Assembly: GCA_021404905.1 (NCBI GenBank)
Contig: QWHN01000001.1
Coordinates: 258,810 to 322,809 of the forward strand
Origin: Candidatus Saccharibacteria bacterium CPR2
Lineage (GTDB): Bacteria; Patescibacteriota; Saccharimonadia; Saccharimonadales; QWHN01
DNA length: 64,000 nt
Direction: 5' to 3'
This document shows positions 27,825-37,345 of the stretch, in pieces. The notes below the pieces were generated by a model. The model did no database searches and was not told where the DNA came from. It saw nothing but the letters and a program-made list of their open reading frames with translations. Position numbers and translations under genes: made by a program. Numbering within the stretch: position 1 is the first letter of the stretch; every line of letters starts with the position of its first letter.

Positions 27825-28493
27825 GTGAAAAAGGCTAAAGATGAGGATGGGATAATAAAAGGTAGTGCAAAGACCTCAATTTTTAGGCTTAAATCACTAC
27901 CCAAGAGTTCTAAGATCAAGAGTCAAGAAGATAAAGATGTAAAAATTCAACCAAAACAAAATAGTAGAAAAAACAAATCAAAAGCTAACCCAAAGCAAAC
28001 TGTTTATAAATTGATATTTTCAGTATTGTTAGTTGCAATATTAATTACTGTTTTCTTAGTAATATTAAATTCCCAAAAACCTCAGCCATCACATGTTACA
28101 GACGCATATATCTATGAAGAAAATTTTCGAGACGCCAGATCACTTAGCATATCAGGTAAATATTCAGAAGCTGAAGAAAAAATAAGTTATATGCTTTCAA
28201 AAGAAAACGATGCAAATCGCAAAAAAGAGTTGCTTAGTCTGTTGGGGGCTAACCAAGCTAATAACAAAGAATATGATAAGGCTATTGAATCATATCGCCA
28301 GGTGGAGCAGCTAGAAGTAACACCCAGTTATGCAACTTTGTCCTCTATTGCGAAAACTGCCGAATTAAGCGGCAACAAAGATCTGGCAATACAATATTAC
28401 GGGAAGGTAATAGACCAACTAGATACAAACAGCTCTATGTACTTGGAAGAAAAAGCTTACTACGAAGATAAAATTAAAGAGTTACAGCAATGA
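27825..28493 (+). CDS. hypothetical membrane-anchored protein with TPR-like C-terminal region
   Basis: Lys-rich N-terminus, one TM (LIFSVLLVAILITVFLVIL) and helical repeats. Start ambiguous (GTG 27825 or ATG 27841). Confidence 0.4.
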   Translation: MKKAKDEDGIIKGSAKTSIFRLKSLPKSSKIKSQEDKDVKIQPKQNSRKNKSKANPKQTVYKLIFSVLLVAILITVFLVILNSQKPQPSHVTDAYIYEENFRDARSLSISGKYSEAEEKISYMLSKENDANRKKELLSLLGANQANNKEYDKAIESYRQVEQLEVTPSYATLSSIAKTAELSGNKDLAIQYYGKVIDQLDTNSSMYLEEKAYYEDKIKELQQ

Positions 28494-30400
28494 AGAAGTT
28501 AACTATTAGTTCGAATCTTGTAAGTATGCTTGTTTTATTTTCTATTTCATTCTTAGCAATTTCAATCAATATGGCTGTCAACCCATCCAGAGTGGAAGCA
28601 GCCGGTCATAGAGTTTGGGCATGTGGATTTTACCCAAATAGCATTGATGAGTTTATAGGAACAATATATGACAGGTTGTATAACGGTGATAATAATGTGG
28701 GGGGCGATTGTGGTACCGGTTATTCAACCGATGAACAATACATGTCTGGTGCAGCATTCATAATGTTGAATATGCTCAACGGCAAGTCTGATCATATAAC
28801 TGTGGCAAATGTCCCTGAAGCTAGGGAACGATTTGCTGAGTGGGAGGCAAAAGTTCGATATGTGGCATCTATAGGAGGAGTTAACCTAAATTGGGTAAAT
28901 TATGGGTATGGAGAAAATAGCCTTTGGGATGATGCGACTCTTGAAGACAGATATTATGGTGAAAATGGTAGTGCTGATTCTATAGTCTTTGACTTGCCTG
29001 GCATAATGCATATAGCTATAAAAAAGTATTGTGCTAACTTGGTTGCTGTAGCTGGTCGGCTTCCCGAGCCTGGTAACTTTGATCTAACACCAACCATCAA
29101 TAATATGCCAGCAACTGCAGTACGCGGACAAAATATAGATGTTGCTTCGTACGTAACAAATAACGGCAGTGGCCCATCTATACTTTCGGACAGATTAGGT
29201 GTGCTGGTAGCACGCTTTGTCGGTTATGCTGGCTCTGAAGTATTGAACCCTAATCCTATGTGGAGTAACCAAGTTATTCCGCAAGGAGCAACTTGGTCAT
29301 TTGGCGGACCCATTACAATACCATCTAATGCTACTTTGGGCAGCACATTTTGTGTAGTTTTACGTGTAAATCCTGGTGCGGGCCAGACTTATGGGCCGCG
29401 TACAGACAATTTAAGATGGGATGCTGCCTGCACCCGCATTGTCGACAAACCCTTCGTCCACGTAAATGATGGAGACGTATTCTCTGGAGCCAGGTTTAAT
29501 GTGGATTCTAACGGTTGCTCTAAAACAAGCTCGACTGTTGGCCTCATAAAATCTCAAAACTATAATATTGGTGGCAATATATTTGGCAGTAAAGATGAGT
29601 ACGCTCTTACTGCATTGGGTGCAATAGATAATTTTGGTTCAGCTAATAACCCAACCAGTGGCTTACTAAAATTTGCCAATAATCCTTCTCCCGAAGGTTT
29701 CTTCGATAATTTAGCCAATAGACAATGCTTGCCAGACTATTATGACAAGTTTGATGATGGTGCAACTGAAATTACTGCTAACGACTTTAATAATGGCATA
29801 CAAAGCATCACAACTTCTGGCATATATAAACTAACAGGCGGAACAGTAAAAATAAGCAACTTCCCATCTCCATCAGGTGCGACTCCATATAGAGGACAAG
29901 TCATTATGTTGGTAGATGCTGGTGATCTTATTCTCGATACTGATATGCAATATGCAGATATCTATGGCATTACCGATCCCAGCCAGATTCCATACTTCAT
30001 GGTAATAGTCAAAGGCGGTAATATTATTGTTAAGGACAGTATCACTAATATTGACGGTATTTTCATCACTATGCCGAGGGATAAAGATAATGATGGTGAT
30101 ATTGACGATTCAAATGAAGGCGGATACTTCAATACATGCGGTGTACCCTCCAGCTTCGCTACTCCACTACGACTTAGTACCAGTACTTGCAACCAACCTC
30201 TCACAATTAACGGGGCTGTCATGGCGCACAAAATACTGCTTAACAGAACCAGGATAGATGGTCCACCAAACTACCAACCAGCTGAAATAATTAACTTGCA
30301 TCCGGAAATGTATTTTTCAAGTCCGCTATTCAATCAACAGACTGAAACTAAGGGGCTTGGTCCCACCCGATCTGTCAGAGATCTGCCGCCAGTGTACTAG
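28490..30400 (+). CDS. large secreted protein of unknown function (signal peptide; beta-rich, CARDB-like segment)
   Basis: N-terminal signal peptide (MKKLTISSNLVSMLVLFSISFLAISINMAVNPSRVEAAG). No catalytic motif recognised. Its stop codon abuts the heptamer repeat and the IS30. Confidence 0.45.
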   Translation: MKKLTISSNLVSMLVLFSISFLAISINMAVNPSRVEAAGHRVWACGFYPNSIDEFIGTIYDRLYNGDNNVGGDCGTGYSTDEQYMSGAAFIMLNMLNGKSDHITVANVPEARERFAEWEAKVRYVASIGGVNLNWVNYGYGENSLWDDATLEDRYYGENGSADSIVFDLPGIMHIAIKKYCANLVAVAGRLPEPGNFDLTPTINNMPATAVRGQNIDVASYVTNNGSGPSILSDRLGVLVARFVGYAGSEVLNPNPMWSNQVIPQGATWSFGGPITIPSNATLGSTFCVVLRVNPGAGQTYGPRTDNLRWDAACTRIVDKPFVHVNDGDVFSGARFNVDSNGCSKTSSTVGLIKSQNYNIGGNIFGSKDEYALTALGAIDNFGSANNPTSGLLKFANNPSPEGFFDNLANRQCLPDYYDKFDDGATEITANDFNNGIQSITTSGIYKLTGGTVKISNFPSPSGATPYRGQVIMLVDAGDLILDTDMQYADIYGITDPSQIPYFMVIVKGGNIIVKDSITNIDGIFITMPRDKDNDGDIDDSNEGGYFNTCGVPSSFATPLRLSTSTCNQPLTINGAVMAHKILLNRTRIDGPPNYQPAEIINLHPEMYFSSPLFNQQTETKGLGPTRSVRDLPPVY

Positions 30401-30441
30401 TATGCGTATGGAGTATAGAGTATGAAGTATAGCGTATAATC
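30399..30441. repeat. tandem heptanucleotide repeat (TATRRNG) x6
   Basis: TAT recurs at offsets 6, 7, 7, 7 and 7 immediately after the TAG stop at 30398-30400: TATGCG TATGGAG TATAGAG TATGAAG TATAGCG TATAATC. The reverse complement (ATACTCTATACTCCATACGCATACT) nearly matches the element upstream of mutM at 8255-8282. Confidence 0.6.
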
Positions 30442-30496
30442 TGATGAACTTTTAACTAATTCCAAATTCCAGTTTCTAGCTTCTGATTGCTGGGCT

Positions 30497-31572
30497 CCCT
30501 AAATTCTAGAACCAAACGCAACCTGCGTTAAGTCTAGCGGTTGGTCGGGGTGTTGGACAAGCCAATCGTAAACTTCCTGCGGCGTGTGCCAGTTCAGGCG
30601 CCGTCTTGGCTTGTTGTTTAACTCCCAGGCTATGTTGTCGAGTTCTTTCTGGGTAAGGTTGCGTATGTCGCTGCGTTTTGGTAGATAGGCTCTAAGCTGG
30701 CGATTGCTGTTTTCATTGGCGCCGCGTTGCCAGGAGCTATACGGATCAGCAAAGTACACGCTTACACCAAGTACTTCGGTCATCTGACCATGCAAGGTAA
30801 ATTCGCTGCCATTGTCAAAGGTAATGGTGTGGGCTACGAGTGGCCGGAGCTTGGCAATAACCGCTTGGGCAGTTTGGACGGCCGTCTTCTGGGTGAGTTT
30901 GGTAAAAGCCACCAAGCTGCTTAAGCGCTCATTAACAGTGTTAATGGCGTGCTTGTGGGTGTAGGTAACACTGTCACCCTCCCAGTCGCCAACTCGGGAT
31001 TTTTCATCTACCACAGTTGGCCGCTCATGGATAGATACCCGATTCGGTATCTTAGATCTCTGAGACGAGCGGCCGGTATGTTTGGTGCGTCGTTTCTTGC
31101 CTTGGCGCAAGTATTGATACAGCTTTTCGGCAATAGCGTAGGCACTGTGGTAAATCCAGTCATAGACTGTTTCAGCACAGACGACCAGTTTAAAGCCCTC
31201 GGCTTTCAAGCGGCCGCAGATCATGCTCGGATCCCAGCCTTTCTGTAGACAAGCGACAATATGCGAGCGTAAGTGCCAGTTGGCTGGATGGTCTAGTTTT
31301 GGTATCTGCTTGCAACGTTTTCGGTTGGTTTCATAGGCTACCTGAGCTACCCAGGCTCGGTAGGTACCAGATCCATCCATACCTTTTTTAATCTCCCGAC
31401 TGATGGTACTTGGATCTTTACCGAGTCGCCTGGCTATCTCTTTGTTTGTATACTTCTCTTGGAGCAATGTTTCAATATTGCCCCGCTGCGCAGCCGTTAG
31501 GTGCTTCATCTTAACCTCCTAAGTTATTGATGATGTTATTCTAACGGTTGCGTTTGATGTTGGAACTTAAGC
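30497..31572 (-). mobile_element. IS30-family insertion sequence (~1.07 kb)
   Basis: A single DDE transposase ORF fills the element. Imperfect terminal inverted repeats share the core CAAACGCAACC (left ~30500-30530, right ~31543-31570). It is visibly GC-richer than the flanks. Boundaries are ±10 bp. Confidence 0.75.
30499..31509 (-). CDS. IS30-family DDE transposase
   Basis: N-terminal HTH, then the IS30 hallmarks GDWEGDSV, FDNGSEF and YFADPYSSWQRGANENSNRQLRAYLPK. Confidence 0.9.
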   Translation of the reverse strand: MKHLTAAQRGNIETLLQEKYTNKEIARRLGKDPSTISREIKKGMDGSGTYRAWVAQVAYETNRKRCKQIPKLDHPANWHLRSHIVACLQKGWDPSMICGRLKAEGFKLVVCAETVYDWIYHSAYAIAEKLYQYLRQGKKRRTKHTGRSSQRSKIPNRVSIHERPTVVDEKSRVGDWEGDSVTYTHKHAINTVNERLSSLVAFTKLTQKTAVQTAQAVIAKLRPLVAHTITFDNGSEFTLHGQMTEVLGVSVYFADPYSSWQRGANENSNRQLRAYLPKRSDIRNLTQKELDNIAWELNNKPRRRLNWHTPQEVYDWLVQHPDQPLDLTQVAFGSRI

Positions 31573-31629
31573 TCTATACACATTAGAAAAGCTTATGCTA
31601 AACTCTAAACAGAAATGTAAACAGAAAAT

Positions 31630-32667
31630 ATGAGCATATTAAGTCCAGGAAATTTTTTTGCAATAGATATAGGCACTACTGCGATTCGCGTAGTTGAGCT
31701 TAGAGGTGGCGGTGGATCCAAAGCCTTGGTTCGTTATGGCAGCATTCCAGTTGATTATAAAACTGCGCAAAGTGATTCGGCCGCTGACAGAACACATCTT
31801 TTAGAAGCACTTACCAAGTTAATTAACTCGGTCGGAGTCTCCACTAGAAACGTAGTCGTTGGTGTGCCGTCTAGCAGGATGTTTGCCACGATTGTTGATA
31901 TGCCAAAACTTGATAAGCCTGAGCTGGATAAAACGATTCAATACCAGGCTGAACAATATATTCCTATGTCTCTTGACGAAGCTGAAATTGACTGGCAGGT
32001 ACTAGGCGACAGCCCTGTAGCTGGTGATAAATCGGAAGTATTGCTGGTAAGTTCTACCAAGAAATTTACTGAGAGCAGACTGGATTTGCTTGAATCGATA
32101 GGGCTAAATGTTGTAGCCCTAGAACCAGACCCGTTAGCTCTTACCAGAGCACTACTTCCTTTTGGAAGTACCGGAGCAGTTATGCTTCTTGACATTGGCA
32201 ACCAGTCTACTGATCTAATTGTGGCAATTGACACAGCACCTAGATTGATAAGATCTATCCCGACTGGTGGAGCATCTTTTGTGCGCTCTGCTATGCAAAA
32301 CTTAAATGTGGATGAGAAGCAAGCTGAACAATTTGTATTTAAATTTGGCTTGAATCAACAAAAACTGGAAGGCCAAGTTTTCAAAGCGATAGAATCTACG
32401 GTTGATGGATTGGTTGCTGAAGTACAAAAATCAGTCAAATTCTTCACTAATAGGTATAAGAATGTTGCTATAGAAAAAATCGTTGTGAGTGGCGGAGCTT
32501 CTACATTACCAGAATTTCCTTTATATATTGCAAATAAGTTGAATATGCAAGTTGAGATTGGCAATTCTTGGCAAAATGTGAGTTATCCAAGCAACCTCAA
32601 CAATGATTTACTGGCAATATCTAGCAGGTTTGGAGTAGCTGTGGGTTTGGCGGAGAGAGAACAATGA
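31630..32667 (+). CDS. pilM: type IV pilus assembly protein PilM (actin-like ATPase)
   Basis: FFAIDIGTTAIRVVEL N-terminal actin-fold phosphate-1 motif. It is followed by PilN- and PilO-like genes with 4-nt overlaps. Confidence 0.85.
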   Translation: MSILSPGNFFAIDIGTTAIRVVELRGGGGSKALVRYGSIPVDYKTAQSDSAADRTHLLEALTKLINSVGVSTRNVVVGVPSSRMFATIVDMPKLDKPELDKTIQYQAEQYIPMSLDEAEIDWQVLGDSPVAGDKSEVLLVSSTKKFTESRLDLLESIGLNVVALEPDPLALTRALLPFGSTGAVMLLDIGNQSTDLIVAIDTAPRLIRSIPTGGASFVRSAMQNLNVDEKQAEQFVFKFGLNQQKLEGQVFKAIESTVDGLVAEVQKSVKFFTNRYKNVAIEKIVVSGGASTLPEFPLYIANKLNMQVEIGNSWQNVSYPSNLNNDLLAISSRFGVAVGLAEREQ

Positions 32668-33404
32668 GCATGGTACAGCTAAATCTATTACCTCGGATAA
32701 AAAAGGAATTTATTAAAGCTCAGCGAACTAAGCGCCTATTCATAGTAGGGTCTATATTAGTATCAGGCGTATTTGTCGGGCTTGTAGTATTGCTGCTTAT
32801 GTACACAATCACTCAGCGGGTGCTTATATCAAACCTTCAGACCAGTATTGATAAAAATGTAAAGACTCTTCAGGATGAAAAAGACCTGGATAAAATCTTG
32901 ACAGTACAAAACCAATTAAATTCCTTGCCGGAGCTTTATAAGCAAAAACCGACAACTGAGAGAGTATTCAGTTTTATTAATAGACTTGTTCCCTCTGGGG
33001 TTGAACTGCATGAATTTCAGCTTAATTTCAGTGAGTCTAAAATGACAATTAAAGGTGGAGCCATTACTATAAAAAACATTAATGTCTTCACCGACACAAT
33101 CAAATACGCTAAGTACAGGCTAAAAGATGGCAGTGATGATAATAAGAGCGAGAATGAATTACCGGCAGCGTTTTCTAACTTAGTATCAAACATAACCGCA
33201 AATGATAGATCTAACAGCGCATCAGAATCAGATGAAGGAGCCTCGTTTGAACTAACATTGAATTACGACGTGGCACTTTTTGATATTAACAAGCCAAATC
33301 TTGAATTGCTTATACCAGCCATAGAGAGCACAACTTCAGCTACTGAAAGACCAGGCGGAGTATTTAACGATCAGTTTGTACCCGAAGAAGGAGAAAGTCA
33401 ATGA
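32664..33404 (+). CDS. pilN: PilN-like pilus assembly protein
   Basis: Short cytoplasmic N-terminus, single TM (LFIVGSILVSGVFVGLVVLLLMY) and periplasmic coiled-coil. Translationally coupled to pilM. Confidence 0.7.
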   Translation: MSMVQLNLLPRIKKEFIKAQRTKRLFIVGSILVSGVFVGLVVLLLMYTITQRVLISNLQTSIDKNVKTLQDEKDLDKILTVQNQLNSLPELYKQKPTTERVFSFINRLVPSGVELHEFQLNFSESKMTIKGGAITIKNINVFTDTIKYAKYRLKDGSDDNKSENELPAAFSNLVSNITANDRSNSASESDEGASFELTLNYDVALFDINKPNLELLIPAIESTTSATERPGGVFNDQFVPEEGESQ

Positions 33405-34036
33405 AAGATAAAGGCACGGTAATAGTTGGGAAAAAGGCTTTAATCAAAAAAGCAGGAAGCCAGGTATTCATTGCTGTGGTAATAGGATCTATCGTTGTTT
33501 CTTTCTCAGTGATATTTATTAAGTTTCTGTGGGGGATAAAAGTTCATAATGATCATGTTTGGGCAGAAAAAAATACCGCGAAAATTGCGCTTGAGAATAA
33601 TGTTAAAAATCTGGATGAATTAAAAAGAAGTTATCTGCTGCTTGATAATAATGAAAGCGTAAATGCCCGCACAATTTTGGATGCTTTGCCCAGTAAATAT
33701 GACTATCCTGCATTAGCCACCAGTGTTGAAAACTTGGTTACAAAAGGATCTTCACCCGTAGTATTAACTGGTTTTACTGGGACGGATCAACAATTAGAGG
33801 CGCAACAAAAATCTTCTAACCCTCAACCAGTAGAAGTTCCGTTTACGGTTACCGTCAAAGGTTCTTATGATAACATCAAGGGATTTATTGAAAGATTACA
33901 GAAATCTATCAGGCCAATGAAAGTTGCGAATTTGTCACTCTCGGGCAATAACGCGGATATGGAAGCTACAATTGATGTAGTTACTTACTATCAGCCGGCG
34001 CAAGACTTAACAATTGAGACAAGGACAGTAGAATGA
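33401..34036 (+). CDS. pilO: PilO-like pilus assembly protein
   Basis: Single TM (VFIAVVIGSIVVSFSVIFI) plus periplasmic domain. The position in the pilMNO array supports the call. Confidence 0.6.
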   Translation: MKDKGTVIVGKKALIKKAGSQVFIAVVIGSIVVSFSVIFIKFLWGIKVHNDHVWAEKNTAKIALENNVKNLDELKRSYLLLDNNESVNARTILDALPSKYDYPALATSVENLVTKGSSPVVLTGFTGTDQQLEAQQKSSNPQPVEVPFTVTVKGSYDNIKGFIERLQKSIRPMKVANLSLSGNNADMEATIDVVTYYQPAQDLTIETRTVE

Positions 34037-34317
34037 AACAAAGTGATGTAGCATTATTAATAATTGTTATAGCAATAAGCTTGGCTGCTTCGTACTTAAT
34101 AGGAGGCAAAGTTATAAATAAACCAGAGAATCGCCAGACTCAAGTAGAAGTGGTAAGAGAGTATTCAACCTCTTTTCCAAGCCCTAATGAAGACCCTTTA
34201 AGCGAATCAGCAGATATTATCTATAATAGGATTTTTACAAAAGACGCCGTAAATCCAACCGAAACCATACAAATTGGCCCTGGACAAAACACAGATCCCT
34301 TTACGAATACCGAGTAA
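34033..34317 (+). CDS. small membrane protein of the pilus operon (unknown)
   Basis: 94 aa with one TM (ALLIIVIAISLAASYLIGG), coupled to the pilO stop. No family recognised. Confidence 0.35.
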   Translation: MKQSDVALLIIVIAISLAASYLIGGKVINKPENRQTQVEVVREYSTSFPSPNEDPLSESADIIYNRIFTKDAVNPTETIQIGPGQNTDPFTNTE

Positions 34318-34331
34318 CGAGGGTCTAGACC

Positions 34332-36116
34332 TTGAGTGTCTTAGTTAGCGAAAATCAAAATCAAGTTGAGAAGCTGTTAGTTGACGATGGTCTTATTTCA
34401 AATGTAGATCTGAAAAAATACCGCGATGAAGCCGCAAAAAAGAAACAGCCTTTGATGGCTTATCTTTTAGAAAATAAAGTTATTAATGATGAACAACTTA
34501 CCAAAGCAATTGCTAAAGTAGCAAAGATTCCTTATGTGAATCTTTCTCAAACTATCGTAAAAGCCGATATACTAAAGCTTCTTCCTAAAGAACATGCTGA
34601 GCGTTTTTTGGCTGTTCCTCTTGGGGAAATGGATGATCGGCTTGTGGTCGCAATGCTGGATGCCGACAATGTTCAGGCAGTAGACTTTCTGTCGAGTAAA
34701 ATTGGCCGCCCACTTAAAGTCTATATGGCTTCGGAACAAGGCATAAAACATGTTATTAGCCAGTATAAAGCAGATTTGGCTGAGGTAACGGCATTTGAAG
34801 AGGAGCAATCCAGGCAGGAAATAGAGGAATCCAAGGGTTCTAAAAAACCTGAAGCAGATATCAATTCTATAGTTGCTGATTCCCCAGTAAGCAAAGCGCT
34901 GAGCACCATACTTGAATATGCCGTAACGTCCAGAGCATCAGATATTCACATCGAACCTCTTGAGAATGAAGTTAAAATTCGCTGTCGAATAGATGGAGTC
35001 CTGCGAGAAATTATGAGACTGCCAAAATCAGTTGAGCCGGCACTCGTTTCGCGTATTAAAATTCTTGCCAGACTAAAGATTGACGAACACAGGAAGCCCC
35101 AGGATGGTGAGTTTGTCATTAAGGCTGCCGGACGTGAAGTTGATTTAAGAATAGCTATATCTCCCGTAGTTTGGGGCGAGCAAGTTGTAATTAGAATTTT
35201 GGATAAATCTGGGATGAGTCTTAAACTTGAAGATTTGGGTTACGCAGGGAGAGCCCTAAGATTAATAAGAGAAGGGCTGGCCAAACCAAATGGAATGATT
35301 CTAACCAGTGGCCCAACCGGATCTGGCAAATCAACTTCACTATATTCACTGATTCAGGAAATAGCAACTGATGAAATTAATATTGTTACTTTAGAAGACC
35401 CAGTTGAATATAAAATGCCAGGAGTTAATCAAATCCAGGTAAATGCAGATGTGGGTTTAACTTTCGCGTCGGGGTTACGTTCTATTTTGCGCCAAGATCC
35501 AGATGTAGTAATGGTAGGTGAAATGCGAGATCACGAAACTGCCAGGCTTGGCGTCCAAGCTGCGCTTACCGGCCATCTTGTATTTTCGACATTGCATACA
35601 AATTCTGCTGCTGGAGTATTACCCAGATTGCTCGACATGGAAATTGAACCGTTTTTAATTGCATCCACAGTCAACACCGTCATTGGCCAAAGACTAGTGC
35701 GAAGAATTTCAGAAAACAAAGAGCCTTATGAAACTGATGAAGTAACTACTAAAACTATTATCGATACAGTCGGACATCTGCTGCCCAAGAACAAAGAAGA
35801 AGCCGAAAAAGTTAGTAAAGAACTGGGTTATGAAAACTTGCCGTTGACGGGCCAAAAAGCTTATACTTTGTACAAGGGTGTAAGCGACAGCCAGGCACCT
35901 GGTGGTTATAAAGGGCGCATTGGCGTGTATGAAGTGTTTGATGTAAATGAGGAAATGGAAAAATTAATCCTCAAGAGGTCAACAAGCACCGAAATACAAA
36001 ACTTGGCGCAAAAGCAAGGTATGATATCAATGCGCGAAGACGGATATTTAAAAGCACTTAGCGGGTTGACTACTCTCGATGAAGTAAATAGAGTAGCGGC
36101 ACCGGATAGTGCGTAA
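34332..36116 (+). CDS. pilB: type IV pilus assembly ATPase PilB (GspE family)
   Basis: N-terminal GSPII_E_N domain, Walker A (GPTGSGKSTSLYSL), Asp/His boxes and a zinc-binding-like region. TTG start with SD GAGGG 8 nt upstream. Confidence 0.9.
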   Translation: MSVLVSENQNQVEKLLVDDGLISNVDLKKYRDEAAKKKQPLMAYLLENKVINDEQLTKAIAKVAKIPYVNLSQTIVKADILKLLPKEHAERFLAVPLGEMDDRLVVAMLDADNVQAVDFLSSKIGRPLKVYMASEQGIKHVISQYKADLAEVTAFEEEQSRQEIEESKGSKKPEADINSIVADSPVSKALSTILEYAVTSRASDIHIEPLENEVKIRCRIDGVLREIMRLPKSVEPALVSRIKILARLKIDEHRKPQDGEFVIKAAGREVDLRIAISPVVWGEQVVIRILDKSGMSLKLEDLGYAGRALRLIREGLAKPNGMILTSGPTGSGKSTSLYSLIQEIATDEINIVTLEDPVEYKMPGVNQIQVNADVGLTFASGLRSILRQDPDVVMVGEMRDHETARLGVQAALTGHLVFSTLHTNSAAGVLPRLLDMEIEPFLIASTVNTVIGQRLVRRISENKEPYETDEVTTKTIIDTVGHLLPKNKEEAEKVSKELGYENLPLTGQKAYTLYKGVSDSQAPGGYKGRIGVYEVFDVNEEMEKLILKRSTSTEIQNLAQKQGMISMREDGYLKALSGLTTLDEVNRVAAPDSA

Positions 36117-36129
36117 AAAGGGTGGGAAA

Positions 36130-37197
36130 ATGGCAACACAATTAAGAATAGAGTTACTGCTAGAAGAAGTTATTAAAAAGGATGCTTCGGATTTGCATCT
36201 TCAAGTTGCACTTCCTCCTATGATCCGAATTGATGGAGCTTTGTCTCCCATACCGAACACTGAAGTTTTAGACGAAGAAGCCGTTGAGGCACTGGTATTT
36301 TCAATACTTGATGAGGACCAAAAGCAGATTTTACTAAAAGATAAAGAATTTGATTTTTCTTTCGCGTTTGGGGATCTTGGTCGTTTTCGCGTCAATGCTT
36401 TTCATGAAAGAGGGAATCTGGCGGCAGCACTTCGCTTAATTCCAAATAAAATTAGAACCGTTGAGGAACTTGGTCTTCCCAAAATCGTAAATTCATTCGC
36501 TGAATATCCAAGGGGGCTTGTGTTAGTAACCGGCCCGACAGGTTCAGGCAAGTCTACAACTTTGGCAGCTTTAATAGACAGGGTGAATAATGACCGTCCG
36601 GCTCATATTATTACTATTGAGGACCCAATAGAGTATACCCACAAGTCCAAAAAAGGTGTCATAGTCCAACGCGAACTCCACTACGACACTTACTCGTTTT
36701 CTGCAGCTCTGCGTTCCAGTTTGCGTCAGGATCCAGATGTAGTTTTAATAGGTGAAATGCGCGATTTGGAGACTATAGCGGCGGCTATAACAATTGCAGA
36801 AACAGGTCACTTAGTTTTCGCTACGCTTCACACTAACTCGGCAGCCCAATCAATAGATCGCATGATTGATGTATTTCCGCCACACCAACAGCCGCAAATT
36901 CGAGCTCAGCTTGGCAATATGCTTATGGCAATAGCTTCTCAAAGACTAATTCCGGCAATAGGAGGAGGTAGGGTTGCTGCTGCGGAAATTTTAGTGGCTA
37001 CCCCAGCGGTCCGCAATATTATTCGTGAAGGAAAATCTCATCAACTGGATGCAGTTATACAAACTGGGGCAGAACATGGCATGCAGTCCATGGATAAAAC
37101 TTTAGTTCAGCTTATTCACAATGGCACGATAACTTATGACGAAGCCCGCAATTACGCCGTAGATCTTGAAGAGCTTGATAGGTTAATGAGAGGCTAA
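36130..37197 (+). CDS. pilT: twitching-motility retraction ATPase PilT
   Basis: MATQLRIELLLEEVIKKDASDLHL…, Walker A GPTGSGKSTTLAAL, and AIRNIIREGK. SD AAGGGTGGG. Confidence 0.9.
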   Translation: MATQLRIELLLEEVIKKDASDLHLQVALPPMIRIDGALSPIPNTEVLDEEAVEALVFSILDEDQKQILLKDKEFDFSFAFGDLGRFRVNAFHERGNLAAALRLIPNKIRTVEELGLPKIVNSFAEYPRGLVLVTGPTGSGKSTTLAALIDRVNNDRPAHIITIEDPIEYTHKSKKGVIVQRELHYDTYSFSAALRSSLRQDPDVVLIGEMRDLETIAAAITIAETGHLVFATLHTNSAAQSIDRMIDVFPPHQQPQIRAQLGNMLMAIASQRLIPAIGGGRVAAAEILVATPAVRNIIREGKSHQLDAVIQTGAEHGMQSMDKTLVQLIHNGTITYDEARNYAVDLEELDRLMRG

Positions 37198-37345
37198 AAA
37201 TGAGAATTCTCAAGTATCAAGTATCAGTTTTCAAAAAATACAAAAATAATCAATTCCAAATATTTGGAAATTGGAAACTGAGAACTGAAAACTCGCAAAC
37301 CGGCTTGCCCCTCGAAGCTTTAGCGAAGTGGGGAGGTTTGTGCCA

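Noticed and set aside
29962-30257. Two overlapping small ORFs (29962-30231 minus, 30027-30257 plus) near the 3' end of the secreted-protein gene, considered as possible small proteins or toxin-antitoxin genes.
   Set aside because: Both are fully contained in the 28490-30400 CDS in other frames. No RBS or promoter features were seen, and the sequences are not TA-like.
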